From: an uncultured Candidatus Saccharibacteria bacterium
Lineage (GTDB): Bacteria > Patescibacteriota > Minisyncoccia > Phycocordibacterales > UBA9973
Reading direction: 5' to 3'
Length of the DNA: 64,000 bases
Assembly (NCBI GenBank): GCA_964432275.1
Contig: CAYSMH010000001.1
Span: forward strand, 11,191-75,190
The notes beneath the pieces were generated by a model, which saw nothing but the letters and a program-made list of their open reading frames with translations, ran no database searches and was not told where the DNA came from. Of the stretch, positions 27,884-37,640 are shown one piece after another; positions within the stretch are counted from its first letter, which is position 1; every line of letters begins with the position of its first letter. The position numbers were made by a program, and so were the translations under genes.

Positions 27884-27921
27884 ACAAAAATGAGTATTAT
27901 GAAGACTCTAGCACAAGATCT

Positions 27922-28470
27922 ATTTTGAAGGAACGACTCAACAACCAGATACGCGCGACAGAAGTTCGCGTCATTGATGCCGAAGGGGTAAACCTCGGGA
28001 TTTTCCCATTAATAGAGGCCCTCACTATGGCTCACGATCAGGGAGTGGACCTTATTGAGATCAATCCAGATGCCAAACCACCTATCTGCAAGGTTATGGA
28101 GTATGGCAAATACCAGTACGAACTCAAGAAAAAGGCTCAAAAAGCAAAAAGTGGTGCAAAAACCACTGAAACAAAGAGTATCCAGATCAAAGTAGGTACT
28201 GGAGACCATGACCTAGAACTCAAAGCTCGCCAAGCGTCTGGGTGGCTCAAAGAAGGACACCGTATCAAGGTAGAGCTCTACCTCAGAGGGCGCTCAAAGG
28301 GTATGGATGAAGCCTTCCTAAGAGAAAGACTTGACCGGGTCTTGCATTTTGTGACAGAACACTATAAGATAGCTGAACCGCACAAGCGCTCTCCTAAGGG
28401 GCTTGCTGTCGTCATAGAGCGAGACAAGGGGTCAAAAGAGAAACCCGTCTCACCAGAACCGACACAATAA
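27922..28470 (+). CDS. infC: translation initiation factor IF-3
   Basis: IRATEVRVIDAEGVNLGIFPLIEALTMAHDQGVDLIEINPDAKPPICKVMEYGKYQYE. The start is assigned to in-frame ATT at 27922 (or TTG at 27925) because no in-frame ATG exists after the divergent truB start. Confidence 0.8.
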   Translation: MLKERLNNQIRATEVRVIDAEGVNLGIFPLIEALTMAHDQGVDLIEINPDAKPPICKVMEYGKYQYELKKKAQKAKSGAKTTETKSIQIKVGTGDHDLELKARQASGWLKEGHRIKVELYLRGRSKGMDEAFLRERLDRVLHFVTEHYKIAEPHKRSPKGLAVVIERDKGSKEKPVSPEPTQ

Positions 28471-28471
28471 T

Positions 28472-28675
28472 ATGAGCAGTAAAACCAACAAATCATTTGC
28501 CAAGCGACTCAAGGTTACATCAACCGGCAAGATTCTTGCGCGTAAACCTGGATTTAACCACTTCAACGCAAAACAGTCTCGCACAAAGCAACTCGCAGGC
28601 AAGAAACCTGTAGCATTTCACATGACCAACAAGGCTGTGAGTCGTTTCATTTCTACAGGAACATTTCAAAAATAA
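28472..28675 (+). CDS. rpmI: 50S ribosomal protein L35
   Basis: KSFAKRLKVTSTGKILARKPGFNHFNAKQ; follows infC. Confidence 0.85.
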   Translation: MSSKTNKSFAKRLKVTSTGKILARKPGFNHFNAKQSRTKQLAGKKPVAFHMTNKAVSRFISTGTFQK

Positions 28676-28685
28676 CTAACTATTT

Positions 28686-29030
28686 ATGACACGAGTAAAA
28701 CGAGGAACCATAGCAAATAAGCGCCGAAAGAATGTCCTGAAACAAGTAAAAGGATACCGTTTTGGTCGATCAACCAAAGAACGTATGGCAAAAGATGCGA
28801 TTGCTCATGCAGGAACATACGCATTTGCACACCGCCGAGACAAGAAAGCTGATGCTCGTAAACTCTGGAACGTTCGCATCAACGCAGCAGTTCGCGCAGA
28901 AGGTACTACCTACTCAGTATTTATGGATAAACTCAACAAGGCTGGTATTGTACTTGATCGCAAGATCCTTTCAGGTCTCGCACAGACTCACCCTGCAAGC
29001 TTCAAACGAGTACTTGATAAGGTGAAATAA
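28686..29030 (+). CDS. rplT: 50S ribosomal protein L20
   Basis: MTRVKRGTIANKRRKNVLKQVKGYRFGRS... Confidence 0.9.
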   Translation: MTRVKRGTIANKRRKNVLKQVKGYRFGRSTKERMAKDAIAHAGTYAFAHRRDKKADARKLWNVRINAAVRAEGTTYSVFMDKLNKAGIVLDRKILSGLAQTHPASFKRVLDKVK

Positions 29031-29059
29031 TAAAAATCCCTCAGTCGAGGGATTTTTAT

Positions 29060-30562
29060 TTATCTAAGTTCTTCAACAAGTTCTTCCAAATCTTTGTGGC
29101 GTTCTTTGATCGTCTGGTTTTTGATAAGCCAAAATGACTTATCTTTGAGTTCTTCGATAAATTCATAATCGTGAGTCACGAGAAGTATCGTACTTTTTGA
29201 AGCATTACATGCATCCAAAAGTATCTGCCAAGTAACTTCATCAAGATGGTTGGTTGGCTCATCAAGAATAATGAAATCAGGACTTGCCCCAAAGACTAGT
29301 GCGAACCGCACGCGCATGCGCTCCCCTCCCGAAAGGCTATGTATCTTGGTATCCATTTTTTCAACGTTAAACTTCATCATACCAAGTACTGCACGAGCAC
29401 TTTTCTCATCTTTGTTAAGTCCCTCCATCACCACACGGACCGGTGTCATGTCGGGATCAAATTCTGCATGTTGATCAAAATATGCACGAGAGACTCCTTC
29501 AACCCAGGCGACACTTCCATTTGAAAGTTCGAGATGATTCGTAAGACACTTGAGAAACGTGGATTTGCCTGATCCATTTCTCCCAAGCAACACTATGTGC
29601 TGCCCTGTCCGAATATCAAGTGTGAGGTCTTTGAAAATATACCCCTTACCATATCCAAAAGCCGCATCAGTGATACGACAGAGGAGCTTGCCGTCATGGA
29701 GAGCATTGTTGTACTGCTTGAGTTTGATCTTGGTTTGACGATCTTCCGGACGAGCTTCTTCTTTATGTTTTTGTTTAAGCTCTGCCAACTCTTGTTTCGT
29801 CTTGAGATACTTGGCCACATCTTTACCACGAAATGCTTTTGATTCTAAAATCCCGATTGTACTTTGGATCTGACGAATCCGTTTTGATTCCACATCATAC
29901 TGTCGCTGAAGCCCTCCGATACGTGCAAGCTTTGCGTCGATGTAGTCTTGATACCCACCTTCTGACATATGAGCTTTACCTTGTGCGACTTCGACAACCT
30001 TGTCTGCGAGCGCATCAATCATACGACGATCGTGTGAGACGAAAAGTACCCCGCCTTTGTACGCCTGCAATACGTTGATCAACTCAAGACGACTGACAAT
30101 GTCGAGATGGTTTTCCGGCTCATCGAGCAGCAAGAAATCTGGAGCTGTTGCGATACCAACAGAGAGTGTTAGTACTTTTTGTTGTCCACCCGAGAGCGAG
30201 CCGGCTACTTTGTCTGAAACCTTTTGGAGGTTGAATCCAAGTTTAGTACTAGTCTCATATACCTTTTTAAACAATGACAAGCCGGCATACTTGGTGACAT
30301 ATGCTTCAACGGTAAGCTCTGTGTCTGTTGGTGCAAACTCTTGTGCGACATAATACGTACGGATATGCGCATTCTTTTCAATACTTCCATTGGTTGGCTC
30401 GATAGTGCCTGCAATGATTTTAAGTATAGTGGACTTACCTGTTCCGTTTTCTCCAACAATACAGATACGTTCTGTATCACCAAATTTGATCGAAACACCA
30501 GAAAGTATCGTCCGCTCAAGAAATGCTTGAGAAATATTTTTAAGTGAAATAGTTTTTGTCAT
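29060..30562 (-). CDS. ABC-F family ATPase (tandem ABC domains, no TMD)
   Basis: Two Walker A motifs (GENGTGKST, GRNGSGKST), two signature motifs (LSGGQQ, LSGGERMR), and LLDEP twice. Confidence 0.8.
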   Translation of the reverse strand: MTKTISLKNISQAFLERTILSGVSIKFGDTERICIVGENGTGKSTILKIIAGTIEPTNGSIEKNAHIRTYYVAQEFAPTDTELTVEAYVTKYAGLSLFKKVYETSTKLGFNLQKVSDKVAGSLSGGQQKVLTLSVGIATAPDFLLLDEPENHLDIVSRLELINVLQAYKGGVLFVSHDRRMIDALADKVVEVAQGKAHMSEGGYQDYIDAKLARIGGLQRQYDVESKRIRQIQSTIGILESKAFRGKDVAKYLKTKQELAELKQKHKEEARPEDRQTKIKLKQYNNALHDGKLLCRITDAAFGYGKGYIFKDLTLDIRTGQHIVLLGRNGSGKSTFLKCLTNHLELSNGSVAWVEGVSRAYFDQHAEFDPDMTPVRVVMEGLNKDEKSARAVLGMMKFNVEKMDTKIHSLSGGERMRVRFALVFGASPDFIILDEPTNHLDEVTWQILLDACNASKSTILLVTHDYEFIEELKDKSFWLIKNQTIKERHKDLEELVEELR

Positions 30563-30593
30563 GAAAGTACACGGCTTTGGCCTCTGTTTTCAG

Positions 30594-33587
30594 TTATTTA
30601 AGCATCGCCCTCGTACGTGGCCCTACAACCCCATCTCCTATGAGATTGTGCGCTAGTTGAAACTTAATAACTGCTGTTTTTGTTTTTATACCAAAATATG
30701 TAGTTTCATTACCCTTTGACCCTAATCCAGTCAATGAAACTGTAAAACCGTGTAAATTGAGGTATTGTTGCAATGCCTTAACATCGAGATCTGTCATACC
30801 CATCTTGAGGGGTTTAGTAAAAGAATACATACTTTTATTTACATCGTCGGGTAAAATGCCCGTACATCGTCTTCCTGTCACTATACTAAATACGTCTCCA
30901 ACACGGCAAAGTGTGATGTAGGAGCCCGATGATTCAACAAAGGATTGCCCTCCTCCTATTTCTTCATCATCAGAATCACATGCAGCTGTGGTCACAGTAG
31001 TAGAAGCACTATATACAGTACTAACACCGTCACTATTGCGCCCCTTTACTCTGAAATCATAGCTTTGACCACAAGTTAGACCAGTAAACACATACGAGGT
31101 GTCATCAATCCATCCTGAAGTTAGAATACCAGTTTTTACATAATACTCAGGACTCGTACCGTTCCAAGCAAGCGTCACGGTTGTTGATGTAGAAGATACA
31201 CTAGTAAACGAAGGTACCGAAGATGCTGCAGCGGGCACAAATGCTGCGGTTGTAAAATTATACACACTTGGTGCTGAAGACTCCTCACCATTGTTTGCAA
31301 CAACTCTAATCCAGTATTGAGTATTTGGCGCAAGGTCCGACAATGTCAGTGTTGACTGAGACTGCTCATCCCCGTATGGATCATAATCGATCCCATCCGT
31401 TGATAATTCAATAGTGTAGGTAATATTTGAAATATTACTTTCCCAACTAACAGAGACATCGCTTGTTGCATATATATCACTTGTCTCTATGTATTCTTTG
31501 AGATATCCATCTGAACCCCAGTTAGTAAAAAATTTTCTTCCTGTACTTGATTCAAAAAACTCATTTGGCACCTCTCCAGGAAATGCATAGTAAACAGGCG
31601 AAGATTCATCAAATTGAGCATAGTTAACTATGTAACCAAATGTTAAGCCGGTATTGTGTGCTAGGTTGTATAACGTATCTTCACCAGCAAACAACCCGTA
31701 CGATCCTGGAGCAGTAACAACACTCTTGGTCATTGTAGCAGTGTCAATAACAAACAATTGCTTCTCTACTGTATCTTCTGAACCAACATAACAAGTGGCT
31801 CCTGCTTCCGTTATCTTGCGACAATAAATATCATCCGTAATAAGCCCGTTATCTCCATCTTCTGCAAGATCAACGATTTCTGTATACGAAAGATCAGTTG
31901 GATTTACTTTTGCAAATGCTCCTCCGGCAAATGAGGATGTAAAGTACAACTCAGATCGATCTGCATATTCTACTAACGAAGCAGCGTGCCCACGACGTCC
32001 ATTGGTCCATGTATTTGTTGCAACCACTGTCCAGTCAGAAATCCGTATTTTGAAAAAAATGGGAGGGTTCGTATAAGACACCCCATAAACATAAGTTCCA
32101 TCAGTAGTAATGGCTGATGATGTGTCATATGAAAGTGCTGCAGTATACACCGCTTCCCAATCACTAATATCATCTGGATTGATAGAAATAATTGAAAATA
32201 CATTTACATTACTTGTTGCAGTTGCAACAGCATAGATACGGTTATGGACCGCATCATATGTCATTGATTCAATATTTGCATAGCCTGTTGTTGTTACTTC
32301 TTGGTACGAGGAAATATCATTGAGATTTGTAAATGAAAATAGTTTTGAAGGATTACTTGAAACAATTGAGCGCAGTCCGACATAAAAACGATCACCGACC
32401 TGTACTACACCGTGAGGAAACGGTGTAGTCGTAGATCCACTTTTCTGTATCTCTGTTGTCCGATAAAGTGCGTGACCATCAAATTTTTCAGAAGCAGTAG
32501 TATTGGCAGTAGTTTGAAAATTATCAGGAGCATCTGGAGTAGGAGTTGTTACTGCTCCAATATATAAGATATCAGCTGCAACTATTGGAAGTGTACCGTC
32601 TCCGTTCACTGCAACCGCTGACCATGCCTGGTTGGTATCACCTGCAGGTTGGGTTTCGGTCCAGGTATTTTCACCTATTTTAATATATATTCTTCCTCCA
32701 TCTGTTGCGGCAAGCGCAGTTTGCCCACTCGTTGCAACCGCTGACCATGCCTGGTTGGCATCACCTGCAGGTTGAGTTTCGGTCCATACGGGAGTAGTTG
32801 AAATATCACTGATCGTACTAGTGTATAAACGACCCCCATCAATTCCCAAAAATGTAGAGCCAGTGTTCGGGTTAATAGAAGCTGTTGACCAATTTTTTGT
32901 AGTATCCCCCGCAGGTTGGGTTTCGGTCCAACTAACAGTACCGCCAAAAAGATCAGCAATACCTATATAGGCCCGACCATTTCTTGCTCCAGCAAGAATA
33001 ACACTTCCGTTAGTAGCAACCGCTGACCAGTCTTGATCAGTATCACCTGCAGGTTGGGTTTCGGTCCAGGTTGCGCCAAGATCTGCAGATGAATACATTC
33101 GACCACCATCGACAGCAGCGATGAGTACTCCGGTTGCTATTGCCACCATAGACCAGTCTTGATCAGTATCACCTACAGGTTGGGTTTCAAACCATAGTGT
33201 TGGATCTGGATGATCTCGGTCACCTGTCCCCCTAAGATAGAGTCTCCCATTTCTTGCTGCGGCCATTTGAAGCTCTCCCGAAGCACCAATAGCAACCGCT
33301 GACCAGTCTTGATCAGTATCACCTGCAGGTTGGGTTTCGGTCCAGGTGGACCCATTATCATCGGATGTGTACAAACGTCCAGTATTGGCAGCAGCAAGCA
33401 CTGTACCTGCCATATTGGCTACAGCAATCGATGACCATACAACTGCCCCGCCTGTAGGAGGGGTTCGATTCTCCCACGATGTCATATAAAACACTCCTAA
33501 AACCTGATTCGAGAGCGCAAATACAAGAAGAAAGAAAGAGAGAAAAAAGGGTTTAAATAAGGTATTCACAGGTCTTAAGTATAGCAA
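30594..33587 (-). CDS. giant (997 aa) secreted repeat protein: about 8 W-x-ETQPAGDTDQDWS repeats, then FN3-like domains, then a C-terminal peptidoglycan-binding (PG_binding_1-like) domain
   Basis: N-terminal hydrophobic signal. Repeats WTETQPAGDT(D/N)Q(D/A)WSAVA every ~45 aa. C-terminal LKMGMTDLDVKALQQYLNLHGF...GPRTRAML. The ORF-track start is TTG at 33587; GTG at 33569 (9 nt after TGCTATACT) is an alternative. Confidence 0.7.
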   Translation of the reverse strand: MLYLRPVNTLFKPFFLSFFLLVFALSNQVLGVFYMTSWENRTPPTGGAVVWSSIAVANMAGTVLAAANTGRLYTSDDNGSTWTETQPAGDTDQDWSAVAIGASGELQMAAARNGRLYLRGTGDRDHPDPTLWFETQPVGDTDQDWSMVAIATGVLIAAVDGGRMYSSADLGATWTETQPAGDTDQDWSAVATNGSVILAGARNGRAYIGIADLFGGTVSWTETQPAGDTTKNWSTASINPNTGSTFLGIDGGRLYTSTISDISTTPVWTETQPAGDANQAWSAVATSGQTALAATDGGRIYIKIGENTWTETQPAGDTNQAWSAVAVNGDGTLPIVAADILYIGAVTTPTPDAPDNFQTTANTTASEKFDGHALYRTTEIQKSGSTTTPFPHGVVQVGDRFYVGLRSIVSSNPSKLFSFTNLNDISSYQEVTTTGYANIESMTYDAVHNRIYAVATATSNVNVFSIISINPDDISDWEAVYTAALSYDTSSAITTDGTYVYGVSYTNPPIFFKIRISDWTVVATNTWTNGRRGHAASLVEYADRSELYFTSSFAGGAFAKVNPTDLSYTEIVDLAEDGDNGLITDDIYCRKITEAGATCYVGSEDTVEKQLFVIDTATMTKSVVTAPGSYGLFAGEDTLYNLAHNTGLTFGYIVNYAQFDESSPVYYAFPGEVPNEFFESSTGRKFFTNWGSDGYLKEYIETSDIYATSDVSVSWESNISNITYTIELSTDGIDYDPYGDEQSQSTLTLSDLAPNTQYWIRVVANNGEESSAPSVYNFTTAAFVPAAASSVPSFTSVSSTSTTVTLAWNGTSPEYYVKTGILTSGWIDDTSYVFTGLTCGQSYDFRVKGRNSDGVSTVYSASTTVTTAACDSDDEEIGGGQSFVESSGSYITLCRVGDVFSIVTGRRCTGILPDDVNKSMYSFTKPLKMGMTDLDVKALQQYLNLHGFTVSLTGLGSKGNETTYFGIKTKTAVIKFQLAHNLIGDGVVGPRTRAMLK
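32590..33400 (-). repeat. tandem ~135-bp DNA repeats inside the giant surface-protein gene
   Basis: Recurrent core GCAACCGCTGACCA...ATCACCTGCAGGTTGGGTTTCGGTCCA seen at about 32611, 32731, 32881, 33021, 33150, and 33291. Confidence 0.7.
33578..33586 (-). promoter_or_regulatory. extended -10 TGCTATACT (giant surface-protein gene)
   Basis: Exact 9-mer, 18 nt after the map stop. Confidence 0.5.
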
Positions 33588-33604
33588 ATAGTTTAATGAG
33601 GAGA

Positions 33605-34369
33605 TTACCTAGTTAAGATCTCCGCCCCTGTTTCAGTAATCAAAACCGTGTGCTCAAAATGAGCACTTCGAGAACCATCTGATGTCTTGAGTGTATACCC
33701 ATCATTCATCAATACCACTGTTTCAGACCCTCGAGTAAGCATTGGTTCTATCGCGATTACCATACCAGGCTTCAGCTCAGCCCCTTTACCCTTTTTACCA
33801 TAGTTGGGTATATATGGGTCTTCATGGATCGCACGACCAACACCATGTCCTGAGAGATCACGAACAATACCAAATTTGTATGGTCGCACGTATTGTTCTA
33901 TAGCGTGCCCAATATCTCCAACCGTACTACCTACAGAAATAGCAGCAATACCTTCTGTTAATGCATCTCTGGTGACCGAAATAAGCTCTCTATCCTTGGC
34001 ACTAACGTTTTCGCCTACGGCTACTGTCACCGCGTGATCAAGGAACATACCCTCATACTGTAAGCCCAAATCAAGTGCAACAATATCACCATCTCGTAAT
34101 ACTCGTTCACTAGGAATACCGTGTACCACCTCGTCATTAACCGATGTAATCAATGTTGCAGGATAGGGCCGATCAGCATCTTCGGGTTTATACCCTAAAA
34201 ACGCTGGTGTACAGCCAGCCTCGATAATAAGTCGATGTGCAAGTGTATCGAGTTGCTTAGTGGTAACCCCGACCACTGCTGCCTGTGCAACGTCACGCAA
34301 AATACGAGCAAGTATCGGTCCGCCTTTTTTCAGTCGTGCTATTTCACTTTCAGTTTTAATAATGATCAT
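33605..34369 (-). CDS. map: methionine aminopeptidase, type I
   Basis: Pita-bread fold metal ligands: HGIPS, DIVALDLG, HGVGRAIHEDP, IAIEPM. Confidence 0.9.
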   Translation of the reverse strand: MIIIKTESEIARLKKGGPILARILRDVAQAAVVGVTTKQLDTLAHRLIIEAGCTPAFLGYKPEDADRPYPATLITSVNDEVVHGIPSERVLRDGDIVALDLGLQYEGMFLDHAVTVAVGENVSAKDRELISVTRDALTEGIAAISVGSTVGDIGHAIEQYVRPYKFGIVRDLSGHGVGRAIHEDPYIPNYGKKGKGAELKPGMVIAIEPMLTRGSETVVLMNDGYTLKTSDGSRSAHFEHTVLITETGAEILTR

Positions 34370-34963
34370 TTATGAAAGTCCGAGTTTCTGACAAATATCT
34401 GTATGAATCTCATCGATCGTGCGCTCTCCATTTATTTCTATAAAATCTACATCAGATGACGATCGAAGAAGCTCTATTGCTGGCATAACATTTGCATGAA
34501 ACCATGCAATACGTTCTGCTCGATCATGTCCATCAAGATCGTCTGGTCGACCACGACCAATAAGTCGCTCATTGCTCCATGCATCCCCTACAGAGAGAAA
34601 TATAACGTGGAGTTTCCATCTATAAAACTGTGCTGCAGAAAGAAGTACTGGTACTTCAGACGCAACACGTGGCGTACCATCAATAAATATAAAAGCTTCT
34701 CCGTTATATTGAGCGATAAGTTCATGACTCCACACATGAATACCAATAAAAGCTGGCGGGAGCTTGCCTTCATCCATGAGTGCTTTTGTCTCCTGTGCGG
34801 TATACGAATCTGTGGTACTAAATTCGCGAAATAATGCCCCTGTCTCAAGATGAAGCTTCGGTTCGTTAGAGTAGAGCTGTTTTACCTTTTCTTCAAACAG
34901 AGCTGCTTGAGTACCCTTGCCTGCCCCAGACTGTCCGATAAATATATATGCTTGTTTTTGCAT
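34370..34963 (-). CDS. adk: adenylate kinase
   Basis: P-loop GQSGAGKGTQA and an LID region; conserved secY-adk-map order. Confidence 0.8.
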   Translation of the reverse strand: MQKQAYIFIGQSGAGKGTQAALFEEKVKQLYSNEPKLHLETGALFREFSTTDSYTAQETKALMDEGKLPPAFIGIHVWSHELIAQYNGEAFIFIDGTPRVASEVPVLLSAAQFYRWKLHVIFLSVGDAWSNERLIGRGRPDDLDGHDRAERIAWFHANVMPAIELLRSSSDVDFIEINGERTIDEIHTDICQKLGLS

Positions 34964-34969
34964 AGCTAA

Positions 34970-34978
34970 AGTATAGCA
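34970..34978 (-). promoter_or_regulatory. extended -10 TGCTATACT (adk), 6 nt from ATG
   Basis: Exact 9-mer between the secY stop and the adk start. Confidence 0.55.
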
Positions 34979-34986
34979 GCTGCTGT

Positions 34987-36258
34987 TTAGTATTCAGCCA
35001 TTGCAGCTTGTGCACTGATACGACGAATGAGATCTATAACAACTGAAACAACGATCAATAGTGAGGTACCTCCGACTGCAAATGCAGTAATACCTGTTGC
35101 GCTACGTACCACCAGAGGCAACACTGCGACGATACCGAGAAATACAGAACCGACAAGAGTAATACGTGTCACAATGGTAGCAAGATATGTGTTGGTTGCA
35201 TCTCCTGGACGAATACCTGGAACGAATGCGCCATTTTTCTGAAGGTTGGTCGCAATCTGCTTGGGATCAAAGGTGACCGCTGTATAAAAGTACGTAAAGA
35301 ATACAACAAGGATAAAGTACACCACTGAATACAAGAGTGTGTTTTGCAAGAAGCTCGTGAGACCTTGCCCTATCGACTGAAGTCGGAGAGATGCTGATGC
35401 CTGGAATATACCAGCGAGAAACTGTGGGAACAAAAGAAGGGATGATGCGAAAATAATCGGCATAACACCAGTCTGAGTCAAACGTAGTGGAAGATAACTT
35501 TCGTTTCCACCAAGAGTACGGATACCTCGCACTTGTCGAGCGTATGTCACTGGTACAGGACGCTCAGCTTCATAAATGTATACCACACCAACAATCACCA
35601 ATATTCCAATTGCAAGGTATACAAGTACTACAGGAATTTGATCTGGGGTTAATGTAAACAAAAACTGAGAGATAGTAGTAGGAATCTGTGCCAAGATACC
35701 CGCCATAATGATCAATGATGTACCGTTACCAATCCCAAACTCGTTGATAAGCTCAGCAAGCCACAACAAAAGCATTGACCCACCTACAATGATCGCAATA
35801 TTAGATAGAAGTTGTGTCCCTGAAAGAAATCCAATACCTCCCTGACTTTGAAGATATTTGATAAATGAGAACGCTTGAAGTGCTGCAATCGGTACTGAGA
35901 GAAGGCGAATGTACTGATTGAATGTACGACGCCCTGCTTCACCACTTTCTTGCATGAGCTCTTTGATAGATGGAACCATCATAGAGAGCACCTGCATAAT
36001 AATAGAAGCAGTGATAAATGGACCAAGACCGAGCATTACAATAGAAAAGCTCGAAAGGCCTCCTCCGGATAGTACATTGAACAATCCAAGAAATTGATTA
36101 CTTGCCAAAAACTGGTTGAGTCGAGCTACATCAACACCAGGAACCGGTATTACCGCAAGAAAACGAAACACAAACAAGACCCCAACAACAAAGAGGATCT
36201 TGGTTCGAAGTGATCGATCGGTAACAATAGTTTTAAGTTTTCTTACAAATGCACTCAT
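34987..36258 (-). CDS. secY: preprotein translocase SecY
   Basis: 10-TM SecY with a conserved plug/hinge. The MSAFVRKL start at 36258 overlaps the rplO stop (ATGA). Confidence 0.9.
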   Translation of the reverse strand: MSAFVRKLKTIVTDRSLRTKILFVVGVLFVFRFLAVIPVPGVDVARLNQFLASNQFLGLFNVLSGGGLSSFSIVMLGLGPFITASIIMQVLSMMVPSIKELMQESGEAGRRTFNQYIRLLSVPIAALQAFSFIKYLQSQGGIGFLSGTQLLSNIAIIVGGSMLLLWLAELINEFGIGNGTSLIIMAGILAQIPTTISQFLFTLTPDQIPVVLVYLAIGILVIVGVVYIYEAERPVPVTYARQVRGIRTLGGNESYLPLRLTQTGVMPIIFASSLLLFPQFLAGIFQASASLRLQSIGQGLTSFLQNTLLYSVVYFILVVFFTYFYTAVTFDPKQIATNLQKNGAFVPGIRPGDATNTYLATIVTRITLVGSVFLGIVAVLPLVVRSATGITAFAVGGTSLLIVVSVVIDLIRRISAQAAMAEY

Positions 36259-36260
36259 GG

Positions 36261-36695
36261 TTATTGTATAGTACCACCAGCAGCCTCGATTTTCACTTTT
36301 GCAGCGGCAGTAGCAGTACAATCATAGCAGACAACAGCGCGATCTATCTCACCGGTAGCAAGAATTTTAACCATAGGTAGTACACCTTTAGATCGACGAA
36401 TAAGACCTTTTGCAAGAAGAGTTGCTGGACTAACGACTGCATTTGCTTCAAATGCTACTGCAATACTACCTATACTAACTATTGCAGGAGTAGCACGAAA
36501 TGCTTTAAAGCTATTTTTACCGCGACCACGAAGCTTCGGGTACTTTTTGATCATGTCCCGGATTTCTGGACGAATAGAGTGACCTGCACGTGCTTTTTGG
36601 CCTTTGGTACCACGACCAGAGGTTTTGCCATGCACACCGCCACGTCCGACGAGTTTAGGTTTTTTATTCTTATGTGTTCGAATGACCATACTCAT
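36261..36695 (-). CDS. rplO: 50S ribosomal protein L15
   Basis: KLVGRGGVHGKTSGRGTKGQKARAGHS. Confidence 0.9.
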   Translation of the reverse strand: MSMVIRTHKNKKPKLVGRGGVHGKTSGRGTKGQKARAGHSIRPEIRDMIKKYPKLRGRGKNSFKAFRATPAIVSIGSIAVAFEANAVVSPATLLAKGLIRRSKGVLPMVKILATGEIDRAVVCYDCTATAAAKVKIEAAGGTIQ

Positions 36696-36698
36696 ATA

Positions 36699-37280
36699 TT
36701 ATGCCTCTTTTTTAACTTCTTCTAGTTTCTCAGATGCCACCTCTGTCTTCATCCCAAAGACGTGTTTAGTAGCGACCTTTTCAAGCGCTCTCATACATGC
36801 ACGAGCAGTGTTGAGTTTGTTCTTACTTCCAGAAACAACTTTACCAGAAATATCTTTTAGACCAGCAAGTGTCACAATATCGCGAAGTGCTGCACCAACT
36901 ACAAGCCCTTTACCATGGTTTGGGAAAAGCATAACTCGTGAAGCGTTGTACTTTGCGGCAACATCATGAGGGATAGAGTTGTTTTTAGTTGCTTTGATTT
37001 TAATTGCGTGTTTCTTTGCGTCCTTGAGCGCTTTTGCGATAGCAAGTGCAGTATCGTTACCCTTTCCGGTACCAAGACCAACAACACCTTTCTTGTCTCC
37101 GATAATCATAGAGACCGCAAAACTCATACGACGTCCACCAGCAACCACACGGGTCACTCGACGGATATCGAGAATCTTTTGATCAACATCTTTAACGCGG
37201 TCAGCAAATGACTTGCCGCCATCTCGTCGTGGACGTCGTTCTGGTCGAGCTGAAGTTGTAGGGGTAGTTGGTGTAGTCAT
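36699..37280 (-). CDS. rpsE: 30S ribosomal protein S5
   Basis: RVTRVVAGGRRMSFAVSMIIGDKKGVVGLGTGKGND; has an N-terminal Pro/Thr/Arg-rich extension. Confidence 0.9.
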   Translation of the reverse strand: MTTPTTPTTSARPERRPRRDGGKSFADRVKDVDQKILDIRRVTRVVAGGRRMSFAVSMIIGDKKGVVGLGTGKGNDTALAIAKALKDAKKHAIKIKATKNNSIPHDVAAKYNASRVMLFPNHGKGLVVGAALRDIVTLAGLKDISGKVVSGSKNKLNTARACMRALEKVATKHVFGMKTEVASEKLEEVKKEA

Positions 37281-37286
37281 ACTGTA

Positions 37287-37631
37287 TTAAAAATTAAGTC
37301 CTCCTTCTCGCGCTGCATCAGCAAATGCTTTGATGCGCCCAGCGTACTTGAAACCGTTACGATCAAAGACAACCGCTTCGATTCCTTTTTGCTTAGCATT
37401 AGCCGCAAGCGCTTTGCCTGCAACAACAGCTGCAGTTACCTTTGATCCTTTAGTACCCTTGGTGGATACTGCAGCAATCGTTACTGCTTGCGTGTCATCA
37501 ATAAGCTGCGCATACAGTGCAGTGTTAGAGCGAAATACTGACAATCGTGGACGAGTGCTGGTACCAGAAATACTCGCACGAATCTTGCGCTTGCTGTGAA
37601 TTCTTTTTTGTTGAGGGGTAAGTCGTGTCAT
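37287..37631 (-). CDS. rplR: 50S ribosomal protein L18
   Basis: RLSVFRSNTALYAQLIDD... Confidence 0.9.
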   Translation of the reverse strand: MTRLTPQQKRIHSKRKIRASISGTSTRPRLSVFRSNTALYAQLIDDTQAVTIAAVSTKGTKGSKVTAAVVAGKALAANAKQKGIEAVVFDRNGFKYAGRIKAFADAAREGGLNF

Positions 37632-37640
37632 ATGCGTATA

